Shown in pieces: positions 38,412-48,410 of a stretch of 64,000 nucleotides of DNA. The translations under genes were made by a program, and so were the position numbers. Under the pieces are notes generated by a model. The model did not search any database, was not told the DNA's origin, and worked only from the letters and a program-made list of their open reading frames with translations. Positions within the stretch are counted from its first letter, which is position 1. Every line of letters begins with the position of its first letter. Source of the stretch: an uncultured Chloroflexia bacterium (GTDB lineage Bacteria > Chloroflexota > Anaerolineae > CG2-30-64-16); NCBI GenBank assembly GCA_963810095.1, contig CAWEMM010000011.1, positions 160,001-224,000 of the forward strand. The letters run 5' to 3'.

Positions 38412-41400
38412 CTAAAGCCTGGGACCAGCGCCGTCGACCGGCGCCTCCACGGTAATGGTCGCGCCCTCGTCCGGCGCACTGGTGATCGTCAGGCAGCCGT
38501 TGATGTGCTGCACACGCTCGCGCATCCCCCGCAGGCCCAACCCACCCGCCTCGACCGCCTCCTGGAGTGCAAACCCCACGCCGTCGTCGCGCACCTGAAG
38601 CCGAGTCGTATGCTTGCCGTAATGCAATGACACGACGACATGCCTGGCACGGGAGTGCTTGAGGGTATTGTTCAGGGCTTCTTGCGCGATATGGTAGAGC
38701 TCTTCCTGCACGGCATTCGTAAGCAGCGGCGCGAACTCGACGCCGTCCTGCACCAGCTCGGCCTGCATCCCGCCGCGGGTCTCCACTGCCTGCAGACGTG
38801 CCTGGATTGCGCCAGCAAGGCCCATCTTCTGCAGATCCATCGGCCGCAGCTCAAAGATCAGCAGACGCATCTCGCGCAGCGCCTCCTGCGAGGTATCGCG
38901 CAGGTCACGCAGGTGCGCGGCCGCCTGCTCCGACTGGCCGACCGCAAGCTGGCGGGCCGCAGCCTCGGCATACAGGGTCACGCTGTACAGATTCTGCGTC
39001 ACCGAGTCGTGCAGTTCGCGCGCCAGCCTGTTGCGTTCTTCCGTAGCCGCCGAAGTCTTCGCCTGCTCGCGCAGCCGGGCGGCTTCGATTGCCAGTGCGG
39101 CCTGGTCTGCCATCGTCTGCACCAACTCGATCTCCTCCTGGCTGAAGGGGCGCGAGTCGTGGTAGTACAGGCTGAGCGTGCCATACGGGCGATCGCCGAT
39201 GAATACGGGCACGGTCAAGAGCGCTCGGAAGACCTGGACGATGTCCTCCACCACCGATAGCGGCATGGTCGCCGGCAGCTCGTCGTTCGCCCGCAGGACT
39301 TCCAGGAAAGCAGCCGTGTCAGAGATCAGGATCGGCGCGCCCTGCGCCAGCGCCCTGCCCGACGCGACCTGTCCCGACCGGATGCGCAGGTTCGCGACGA
39401 ACTCCTTCACCAGGCCATGGTGAGCTTGGGGAGACATGATGCCGTCATCCGGATTAAGCCGCATGAGCGCCGCACCATCCGCGCCCAGCACGTGGCACGC
39501 CTGCCACGCAATGAGGTCAAGCGTCTCCTGCAATGACTGCCCCGAATTCAGCACGGAGAGGATCTCCCGCAGCCCCTCGGCAACACGCCGGCGGCGCTCC
39601 GCCTCGTCGCGGCGCTCCTGTTCAGTCTCATACAGCCGGGCATTCTCAATCCCCACCCCAATTTGGCGGCCCAGGGCGATCAAGAGACCTGCTTCTTCCG
39701 GCGCAAGGGTACGCGGGCGCTTGCAGCTGAGCGACATGCTGCCGGCCAACCGGTCCTTGGCAACGAGCGGGACGGTAATGACCGATACAAGCCCCTCCGC
39801 CAGCGCAGCCGTCTTGGCCGGGCCGTCATCAAGGTTGGGGGGCGACCACTGCCGGGGCTGCTCCCAGCTTTCGGGTGTGTTCGGCAGGATCATGTTAGTC
39901 GGCAGAGTCCGCACCGCTTCGACGAACTCTGGCGAGAGGTTCTGCGCAGCGACCAACTCGAGGTGCTTGCCGTGCTCTTCCGTGATATAGACGGCGCCGC
40001 TTTCACAGCCAATGACCTCGGTGCTGACCGCGAGCGCGTCTCGGGCAATCTCGCGGACCTCGAGCGACCGGCTCACGACTGCAGCCATCGTATTCAGCGC
40101 GATCAGAGCGCGCGTCCGTTCCTGTACCCGGTGCTCGAGGTCGCGGTAAGCGGCGTTCAGCTGATCCTGCGCAGTGCGCTCGTCGGTGATATCCTCGAGC
40201 ATCGCGATGCGATACATCGGCTTACCGTCCGGGCGTCGCGCCAGGGTGACTGTCAGCCGGCCCCACATGACGGTCTCATCCTTCCGCAGGTAGCGGCGCT
40301 CGATCTGGTACCGGTCACGGACGCCCGTGTGCAACTCCTGGATCAAGTCGTCGCGGATCGCCATATCGTCGGGGTGGATGTATGCGGAGGGCGGAAGGCT
40401 GTCGAGTTCGGCGGCCGAGAGGCCGAGGAGCCGCGTCAGCGCAGGATTTGCCTCGAGAAGCTCCCCGTTCATGTCGGAGATCACGATCGCCACGTCGGCG
40501 CTTTCGAAAAGCGAGCGGAAGCGCACCTCGCTCGCGCGCAGCGCCTCTTCCCGCGGCGTGTTTCGACGGCCACGCCGACGAGGTGCGCGACCGACTGGAT
40601 TAGCTCGACCTCATCCTCCATCGCCTTATGGGGTTCATTGTAGTAGACAGAGAACGAACCCAATGCCGTGCCCTCGGTGTTGACGATCGGCTCAGCCCAA
40701 GCCGCATGCAGGTCTTGGCTCAGTGCGTAGGCGCGTGTTTCAGGAAACGCGTCCCACCGCGGATCGGTGGCCACGTCTTCGATCACCAGGCGCTGCCTCT
40801 GGCGCACGGCCATGCTCGAAGGCGCGTCCGGGTTCATCTTCTTCTGGAGGTCCTCCAGGGTGCTGACGAGTTCGCTCGACAGGCTGCCGCTGGCCGAAGC
40901 CACCAGCCCGCCGGTCTTCTCATCCACCAACCAGACCACGCAATGTGCGCCCGACCAGTGCTCCTCGATGGCGAGCAGGAACTCGCGAAGGCGGCCCGTC
41001 AGCTCTGCGCCCGTCGCAACCCCCTCGAGCAGGCGGCTTTGCGCGTGCTGGATGCCCTGTGTGCGCTTGAGCTCGGTAATGTCAGTATTCGAGCCTGCGA
41101 CCCGATACGGCTTGCCCAGTGCGTCACGGAGCGCAATGCCGCGGATAAGGTGCCAGCGATACGAGCCATCCTTGTGCCGTACGCGGTGGTCGGCCTGCAG
41201 CGCCTGCGTGTCGCCGGCCATGTAGGCATTAAAGGTCGCAGCCATGCGATCCCGGTCGTCCGGGTGTGCCAGGGCTCGCCACGTGTCCGTCGTGCTGGGC
41301 AGCTCGTCGTCCGCATAACCCAACATGGCCTTCCACCGGGGCGACAGGTAGAGCGTATCTGCGCGGAGATCCCAATCCCAGATCCCGTCGTTCGAGCCGG

Positions 41401-42553
41401 CCATCACCAGCTCGAGTTGCTCATTCTTGCTGTGCAGATCATCGTACGTCTGCGAGAGCTGGCGCGACATGCTGTTGAACTGCGTGACCAGGCGCTGCAC
41501 TTCGACAGAGTTGGCTGAGGTGATCGTTTGGCCGAACTTGCCGCCGGCCACTTCCTGGGCCGCGAAAGTGAGGCGATCGATGGGCTGCGTAATTCGACGG
41601 ACGCCGAGGGCCACCACTGCGGCGGGGAAAATCACGCCCAGTACGAGTAGCAGTATCAGGAACTGGCGGTAGGGCCGGCTCGGCTCCATCAGCGCGTCCC
41701 AGTCGGTCTCACGCACCAGGCCCCAGCGCGTGCCAGGCACCGCCGCACGGCTCACGACCACGTCAAGGCCATCCCTTGCGCGGCGTATCGCCCGGCCGCT
41801 CTCGGCTACCGCAGCATCGAGAGTCCAGGTTGCAGGCCCGGCGCCCTCCATATCCTCGATGTCAGAGTTGTATATGGTGGCGCCTGTGCTATCGACCAGG
41901 ATCGTCTGGACGCCGGCCGCTGCACGCTGGCGGATGATGCTCGCATAGAGCGCGCTGGTGGTGGTCGCGCCCACCCGGAACCCGCCGGCCAGCGCGCCAA
42001 GCATATCTCCTCGATCGTTCGTGACGGGCACGGCCACCATGACCACGTTTGTCCCATCCGCTCCGTCAGGCGTCACGTCGCTGAAGGCGGGCCCCTGGTT
42101 GCGCAGCACGTCGCGGAACAGCTCGCGGTCCGACCAATCCTGGCCTGCCAGATCGGGGCGATCGGGCTGCGCGGCGATGACACGGCCGTAGTTGTCCAGC
42201 GCCAACACGCCTGCATCGAAGGTCACGAGCCGGTTCGCCGACACGGCCAGGCCCATCCGCACTGCCACCGGGTCGCGCCAGGCTTCGCTAAGGGTTCGGG
42301 CTGCCCCGTCGAGCACGTCGCCGTACTCGCCGAGGTTGGTGGAAAGCTGGCTGGCCGAGAGGCGCGTCAATTCCTCGCTCTGCTGTAGCACCAGGTCACT
42401 GGTCGTGCGCTGGTAGGCAACAAAAGCAACGAGAGCGACGGCAAGTAGAATAATGGCGGTCGGGACGAAGGACCAGGCGACGATCTGGGTTCGCAAACTG
42501 CGGGTTCGCAGGCTGCGGACCGCCAGACCCCGCCAACGGAGGCTGGGCGGCAT
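38412..42553 (-). CDS. Multi-sensor histidine kinase (TM-Cache-TM-HAMP-PAS-GAF-PAS-GAF-GAF-HisKA_3-HATPase); frameshift about 40555
   Basis: ERNRLARELHDSVTQ H-box, QEALNNTLKH, DDGVGF and GLGLRGMRER; PAS motifs DGIWDWD/HPDD; HAMP ITQPI..LT. Two overlapping ORFs join. Confidence 0.92.
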
Positions 42554-42651
42554 GCTCACCAATCCCCGGACAGGACTCGTACCCTATTGTACGACGTAAC
42601 GGCCTAGAAGCAAAGAACCGGAGGCTCACGATACTATACTGATCCGAAACG

Positions 42652-42747
42652 GGACACTGATGCAACCGATTGAACTGATTGAACTCAGCTGCACTGTCCT
42701 GCCGAAAAAGATCGTGATAATCAGTCAAATCAGTTCAATCAGTGTCC
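42652..42747. repeat. Intergenic (C/G)AACTGAT 9-mer palindromic element
   Basis: GGACACTGATGCAACCGATTGAACTGATTGAAC ... ATCAGTCAAATCAGTTCAATCAGTGTCC. Confidence 0.75.
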
Positions 42748-42826
42748 AATTCAATTCCGGCTCGCAAGGGCAGCGCGTCGCTTCCACTCTGCGGTTAGTT
42801 AGGCGGCCCCTGGGGTCTCCGGTCCC

Positions 42827-44817
42827 TCAGGCTCGCTGGGAGATCGCGCTCTCGATCGCGTCCACCTCGGCCAGCCACGCGGCAGGCACGGCGTCCGACG
42901 GCATCCGCCAATCGCCGCGGGGTGACAGGGCGACCGAGCCTACCTTCGGACCGTCGGGCATGGCCGACCGCTTGAACTGCTGGCTGAAGAAGCGCTTGTA
43001 GAACACCCGGAGCCACTTAACGATCACCTCGGGTGCATACTCCCCGTCAAACGCCTGGCGGGCCAGCACGAATACCTTGCGCGGTGGGAAGCCGTAGCGA
43101 ATCGCGTGGTAGAGGAAGAAATCATGGAGCGCGTAGGGGCCCACGGTTTCCTCGGTTTTTTGCTCGAGGGCGCCTTCCTTGCCCAGCGGCAGTAGTTCTG
43201 GGCTGATGGGGGTCGCGCTGATGTCGTGGAGCACGGCCGCAGCGTCGCCCTGGAACTCCTCGTCGGCGGCCCAGTCCACCAGGTAGCGCACCAGGGTTTT
43301 GGGCACCCCCGCGCACACGTGGTACATCGACATGTGGTCCCCGTTGTAAGTCGCCCAGCCCAACGCGAGCTCTGAGAGGTCGCCCGTACCCACGACAAAG
43401 CCGCCGATCTCGTTCGCCAGGTCCATCAAGATCTGCGTGCGCTCGCGCGCCTGGGCATTCTCGTAAGTGATGTCGTGTACGTCTTCGTCGTGCCCGATAT
43501 CGTGAAAGTGCTGGCGGACCGCGGCAGAGATCGGGATCGTACGGAAGCCGACGCCCAACTGCTCGGCCAGCGTTTCCGCATTGCTGCGCGTGCGCGGCGT
43601 GGTGCCGAAACCGGGCATCGTGACCGACTGGATGCCCTGACGCGGCAGGCCGGCTATGTCAAACGCGCGCACCGTGACCAGCAACGCCAGCGTGGAATCC
43701 AGGCCGCCCGACAGGCCGATCGTGACCTGCTTGGTCCCGGTGTGTCGCACCCGCTTGGCCAGGCCAATCGACTGGATATTGAAGATCTCGCGGCAGTGCT
43801 CGGCCCGGCGTGCGGGGTCGGCGGGTACGAACGGCAACCGTGTAAGCTGCGGGCGGATCAGGGGCATGCCCGCGCCGCCGCGCTGCCCGGCAGGCTAAAG
43901 AAGACTTTGCGATACTCGCGCACGGGCTGCGCCGCCGAGTACGTATTGCTGCGCAGCCGCTCGCCGAGCAGACGGTGGACATCCACGTCGGCAATCGCCA
44001 TCTGGGTTTCGAACTTGAACCGCTCCGTCTCGGCAAGAATCGCGCCGTTTTCCGCGATCATCGAGTGCCCCGCCCACACCAGGTCGGTCGTGGACTCGCC
44101 CGGTCCCGCTCCCGCATACAGATAGGCGGCCAGCGAGCGGGCCGACTGTTGGCGCACCAGGTCGCGACGGTACTCGACCTTCCCGAGCAGTTCGTTGCTG
44201 GCCGAGCCGTTCAGCAGCACGGTCGCACCAGCCTGCGCCAGGTCGCCGCTCGGCGGGCTCACGGCCCACAGGTCCTCGCAGATCTCGATGCCGAGGACAA
44301 GGCCCGGCAAATTGTCCGCTGCAAACAGCAGATCGGGGCCAAAAGGGACTTCGATCCCGCCCACCCGGACCGGCTGCGCGACGCAGCGGGCGGCCGGCGT
44401 GAACCACCGTTCCTCGTAGAACTCGCCCGTGCTCGGCAGGAAGCTCTTGGGCACGAAGCCGTGCACCTGACCTTCGGCCAGCAGGCTTGCCACGTTGTAC
44501 AGTTTCCCCTCGACTGCCAGCGGCAAGCCGACGACGGCCGCGATGCCGGCCGACGCCGTGGCCTCGGCGATGGCCGCGAGGGCCTCGAACGCCCGCTCGA
44601 GCAGGAGCGGCTGGAAAAACAAGTCGGCGCACGAGTACGCGGTGATGCAAAGCTCGGGGAAGAGCGCGAGCCGCGCACCCCGGCCGGCGGCCACGCCCAT
44701 CGCATCGATGATCCTGCCGGTATTGAATGCCACGTCTGCCACTCGCAGCTCGGGACTTACCACCGCCACCCGGACGAAACCCAGGCTAGCGGGCGCAAAG
44801 GTGCTATCGTCGGTCAT
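42827..44817 (-). CDS. nadE: Glutamine-dependent NAD+ synthetase; frameshift about 43870
   Basis: Nitrilase-like glutaminase domain ([15 protein letters not shown]...[21 protein letters not shown]) plus synthetase domain ([45 protein letters not shown]). Confidence 0.95.
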
Positions 44818-44854
44818 CTTGGCTCCATCTCAGCGCGCAACACCGCGGCCTCTG

Positions 44855-44885
44855 CAGTTCAGTTCGATCAGTTGCATCAGGGTCC
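44855..44885. repeat. Half copy of the CAACTGAT element
   Basis: The reverse complement GGACCCTGATGCAACTGATCGAACTGA matches the left arm at 42652. Confidence 0.65.
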
Positions 44886-45010
44886 TATTTCAGTGTAATG
44901 CAACTGGAGTGCGTCCACAAACCCGTTTTGCGTGCAGCACGGTCACTGCAGCACTGCAACGCTGCTTGGCGTTTTGCGTATGACGAATTAGTCTATCTTC
45001 GGAGCCGCCC

Positions 45011-45811
45011 ATGACCACCCCAGACACAACCGAGTTTCCCGCGCTGGCCTTCTACACCCGCTATTACGACGCGCTGCCGCGCAGCCCGGTTTATTCCGAC
45101 TTCTGCCGGCAGTTGTACGGGCTCGACCTGGGGCAGCACGGCTTCTCAGACATGGCCCAGGTTCAGGCGCTGCTGGATGCCGTGTCCCTCGGGCCGGGCG
45201 AAAGCGCGCTCGACCTCGGCTGCGGCGACGGGCGCATTGCGGAAACCATCTCAGACCGGACCGGCGCGCATGTCACCGGTCTCGACCTGATCCCGACGGG
45301 GATCGCGCAGGCGCTGGCCCGTACCCACGACAAACACGACCGCCTGCACTTCGTATCCGGCGACATTGCCCATCTGGACCGGCTCTTCCTGCCCCTCAGT
45401 TTCGACGTCGTCATTGCCATCGATTCGCTGTATTTTGCAGACCTGACCGAGACGGTGCGGCAGATGAAGGACTTGCTCCGGCCGCGAGGCCGCATGGGCA
45501 TCTTCTACGCTCACGGCGCCGACCCTTGGCATCCGGCAGAGACGTTTCCGCGGGAAACACTTGATCCCGATGCCGGCCCGCTGGCCGGCGCGCTGCGCGC
45601 CAACCAGTTGCAATATCGTTGGTGGGACTTCACCGCCGCCGACTACGAACACGCCAGGCGCAAGAAAGCGATCATCGAGGCACTCCGGCCCACCTACTCG
45701 ACCGAAGCGGATCGCTTTCTGTGCGAGTCGCGCATGGGTGAAGCCGAGGGAGTCATGGCGGCATGCGAAGCGGGCGCCCACGTCCGTCACCTATTCCTGG
45801 CCTGGGCTTGA
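45011..45811 (+). CDS. Class I SAM-dependent methyltransferase
   Basis: ALDLGCGDG motif I, VTGLDL and FDVVIAIDSLYF. GGAG RBS. Confidence 0.85.
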   Translation: MTTPDTTEFPALAFYTRYYDALPRSPVYSDFCRQLYGLDLGQHGFSDMAQVQALLDAVSLGPGESALDLGCGDGRIAETISDRTGAHVTGLDLIPTGIAQALARTHDKHDRLHFVSGDIAHLDRLFLPLSFDVVIAIDSLYFADLTETVRQMKDLLRPRGRMGIFYAHGADPWHPAETFPRETLDPDAGPLAGALRANQLQYRWWDFTAADYEHARRKKAIIEALRPTYSTEADRFLCESRMGEAEGVMAACEAGAHVRHLFLAWA

Positions 45812-45883
45812 GAGCGTGGCCTGCTGACCGCGCAACCGGCGGGGACGCGGTCCGTATTGTAGGGGTAGATGGGAGTTCGCCGA

Positions 45884-47122
45884 ATGCAGCACTATGACAT
45901 CATCATCGCGGGCGGCGGGTGCGCGGGACTCAGCCTGGCGTACCACTTGCTTCACAGTCCGCTGCGCGACCGCTCGATCCTGATCATCGACCGCGACGAC
46001 AAGGACCAGAACGATCGCACCTGGGCCTTCTGGACCGACCGCCCCACGCCCTTTCAGCCGGTTGTCGAGCGCGAATGGCGCCGCCTGAGCATCCGCACTG
46101 AGGCCGGCGAGTGCAGCATTTCCACGGGTGACTGGCGTTATGTCATGATCCGCGGCGATAAGTGGTATGCGCACGTACGCGGTGTGCTGGCCGGCCGGGC
46201 GAACGTCACGTGGCTCAAGGCACCCGTCAAGCGTATCGAGGATGCAGAGGATGGCGCGGTGGTCGTCGTCGACCCCGACGGTCACGGGCCGGCTCCGGTC
46301 GTGGCATACCACGGCACGTGGGTCTTCGACAGCCTCTTTAACATCAGTGCGTTCAAGCCTGATAACGGGTCGGCGCTCTACCTCCAGCAGCACTTTAAGG
46401 GGTGGTACATCGAGACGCCGGTCGATCGCTTTGACGTCGGCGCGGCCACGATCTTCGATTTTCGCACCGACCAGGCCGGCGAAATGCGCTTCTTCTACCT
46501 GCTGCCGATCTCGCCCCGGTCCGCGCTGGTCGAATATGTCGGGCTGCACCTGGTCGACTTCGACGCCTTGCTCGATGCATACATCCGGGACCGGCTGGGC
46601 GTCGACGACTATCGAGTTGTGAGCGACGAAATCGGCATCACGCCCATGACGGACTACGCGTTCCCGCGCCGGCTTGGGCAGCACATCATGGCGGTGGGGA
46701 TTCAAGGCGGGCTGGCCAAGGCCACGACCGGGTACGCGTTCACGCGCATCCAGGACGACAGCGCGGCGATCGTCGGCTCGCTGATGGAATCCGGCCACCC
46801 GTTCGCCGTTCCGCCGGTCACCCGACCCGGCTACCGCTTCCTGGACTCGGTCATGCTCCAGGTCATGCGCGATAACCCCGGCTGCCTTAAGCCAACGTTT
46901 GAGTCGATGTTCTCCCGGAACCCCGGGCCGCGCATCTTCCGTTTCCTGGATGAGCGGGCAACCTCGGGCGAGATCGTGCGCCTCGTGGCGACGCTCCCGA
47001 AGCTGCCGTTCGTCCTGGGTGCAGCGCAGTTCGCGTTCGGGCGCGGGCGCGCGCGTCTGAGTGGCCGCACTTCAGCGCCACCCGCTCGCCTCGCATCGCC
47101 CTCTGCGGAGTCCGGCCGTTAG
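45884..47122 (+). CDS. Lycopene cyclase family protein (CrtY/CrtL-type)
   Basis: YDIIIAGGGCAGLSLA, NDRTWAFW, QHFKGWYIET, FDFR, FFYLLP...ALVEY, E.GITPMT and GG..KATTGYAF. Confidence 0.85.
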   Translation: MQHYDIIIAGGGCAGLSLAYHLLHSPLRDRSILIIDRDDKDQNDRTWAFWTDRPTPFQPVVEREWRRLSIRTEAGECSISTGDWRYVMIRGDKWYAHVRGVLAGRANVTWLKAPVKRIEDAEDGAVVVVDPDGHGPAPVVAYHGTWVFDSLFNISAFKPDNGSALYLQQHFKGWYIETPVDRFDVGAATIFDFRTDQAGEMRFFYLLPISPRSALVEYVGLHLVDFDALLDAYIRDRLGVDDYRVVSDEIGITPMTDYAFPRRLGQHIMAVGIQGGLAKATTGYAFTRIQDDSAAIVGSLMESGHPFAVPPVTRPGYRFLDSVMLQVMRDNPGCLKPTFESMFSRNPGPRIFRFLDERATSGEIVRLVATLPKLPFVLGAAQFAFGRGRARLSGRTSAPPARLASPSAESGR

Positions 47123-47251
47123 CAGGCTTACGGACGGCCGGTCCCTGTGCTATAATCATCCCGACGACGCCGTGCCTCTATCGAGCGCGCCTGTAACCTC
47201 TGGCGCACGGTGTCCGCACTACCCGGCGCGCTTCAAACCCGGAACAGCCAC

Positions 47252-48265
47252 TTGAGACGAATCAAACCCATACTGACCCTGCTCGTGCTGACCTCGGCTG
47301 CCCTGGTGGCGAGCCTGCTGCTTGCCGGCTGCGGCCAGGTCATCACACGGGTGACGCCGACCCCTTCGTCCACGCCCACGGCCCGGCCTGCGATCACCGT
47401 CGCGGCAACCGCGCGCCCCACCTCTACGCCCGCGCCTTATACGCCGGCCCCGACGGCAACGCCGACGATTACGCCGACTCCGATCATCTACAGCATTAAG
47501 TCAGGCGACAGCCTCCTCAAGGTTGCGACGAAGTTCGGGGTCAGCGTAGCGGGGATTCAGGACGCCAACGGCATCACCGACCCGCGTTCGCTCCGCATCG
47601 GCCAGGAACTGATCATACCGATCGAAGAGGCGGAAGAAGCGGCCTCGGGCACGCCGACGCCACAGGCTACCGCGCTGCCGTTTACTGTCACGAACCTGAG
47701 CTTCACAAATTCGCCCTTGGGCGGGCTGTGGAGTTTTGGGGAGATCGTCAACTCGACCGGCACGGAACTGGAACAGGCCGGGGTGACCGTTTCGCTGCTC
47801 GACGAGCAGGGCAATGTGCTGACGCAGGAACAGGGGTTCGTCGGGATTGACCTGCTCCGCCCGGGCGGCAAAGCGCCCTTTGCCCTACGCTTTGCCTCGC
47901 CGCCGCAGACGTTCAACAGCTACCAGGCGCTGCCATGGAAGGGCGTGCAAGGGTACGTGGGCAGTTATTACCTCGACCTTGCCGTGCAGGACGCCACCGG
48001 TTCCGGCGAGCGTTATTCGACCTACACGGTCGCGGGCACGGTGGCGAATACGGGACCGGAAGATGCGGTCGAGGTGACAGTGACGGTGACACTGTATGAC
48101 GCGCTGGGGCGGGTCATCGGCATGCGGCGCGCCGTCCCCGAGCACAACGTGATCCCCCGAGGCGGACAGACGAGCTTCAGCATCGAGCTAACCCCGGCCG
48201 GCGGCCCGGTAGCCAATTTCCATGCCGAAGCACTGGGACGGCGCCAGCCGACTCCCACGCCCTGA
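47252..48265 (+). CDS. LysM-domain lipoprotein with two FxLYD-like Ig-type domains
   Basis: Signal peptide with lipobox LLAGC, Pro/Thr linker, LysM (YSIKSGDSL..VA..FGV...ANGI.DP..LRIGQEL.IP), and VSLLDEQGN and VTLYDALGR domains. Extended -10 TGCTATAAT at 47148-47156. TTG start is inferred. Confidence 0.82.
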   Translation: MRRIKPILTLLVLTSAALVASLLLAGCGQVITRVTPTPSSTPTARPAITVAATARPTSTPAPYTPAPTATPTITPTPIIYSIKSGDSLLKVATKFGVSVAGIQDANGITDPRSLRIGQELIIPIEEAEEAASGTPTPQATALPFTVTNLSFTNSPLGGLWSFGEIVNSTGTELEQAGVTVSLLDEQGNVLTQEQGFVGIDLLRPGGKAPFALRFASPPQTFNSYQALPWKGVQGYVGSYYLDLAVQDATGSGERYSTYTVAGTVANTGPEDAVEVTVTVTLYDALGRVIGMRRAVPEHNVIPRGGQTSFSIELTPAGGPVANFHAEALGRRQPTPTP

Positions 48266-48410
48266 CCAACCGCAAAGCCACGGCCCCTCAGATGCGCTAG
48301 CCATAGAGGCGCAATAACGGCCGGTGGAGGACGGTAGCAGTTTCAGAAGACGTGCGTGTGGCGAAGGCAGGCGACGCACGCCTTCACGTAATTTCACATA
48401 CCCACGGGCT

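Noticed and set aside
429-44817. Frameshifted genes as true pseudogenes or programmed frameshifts
   Set aside because: Breaks hit essential or conserved genes, lack slippery heptamers or other decay, and are scattered uniformly. Sequencing indels explain them better.
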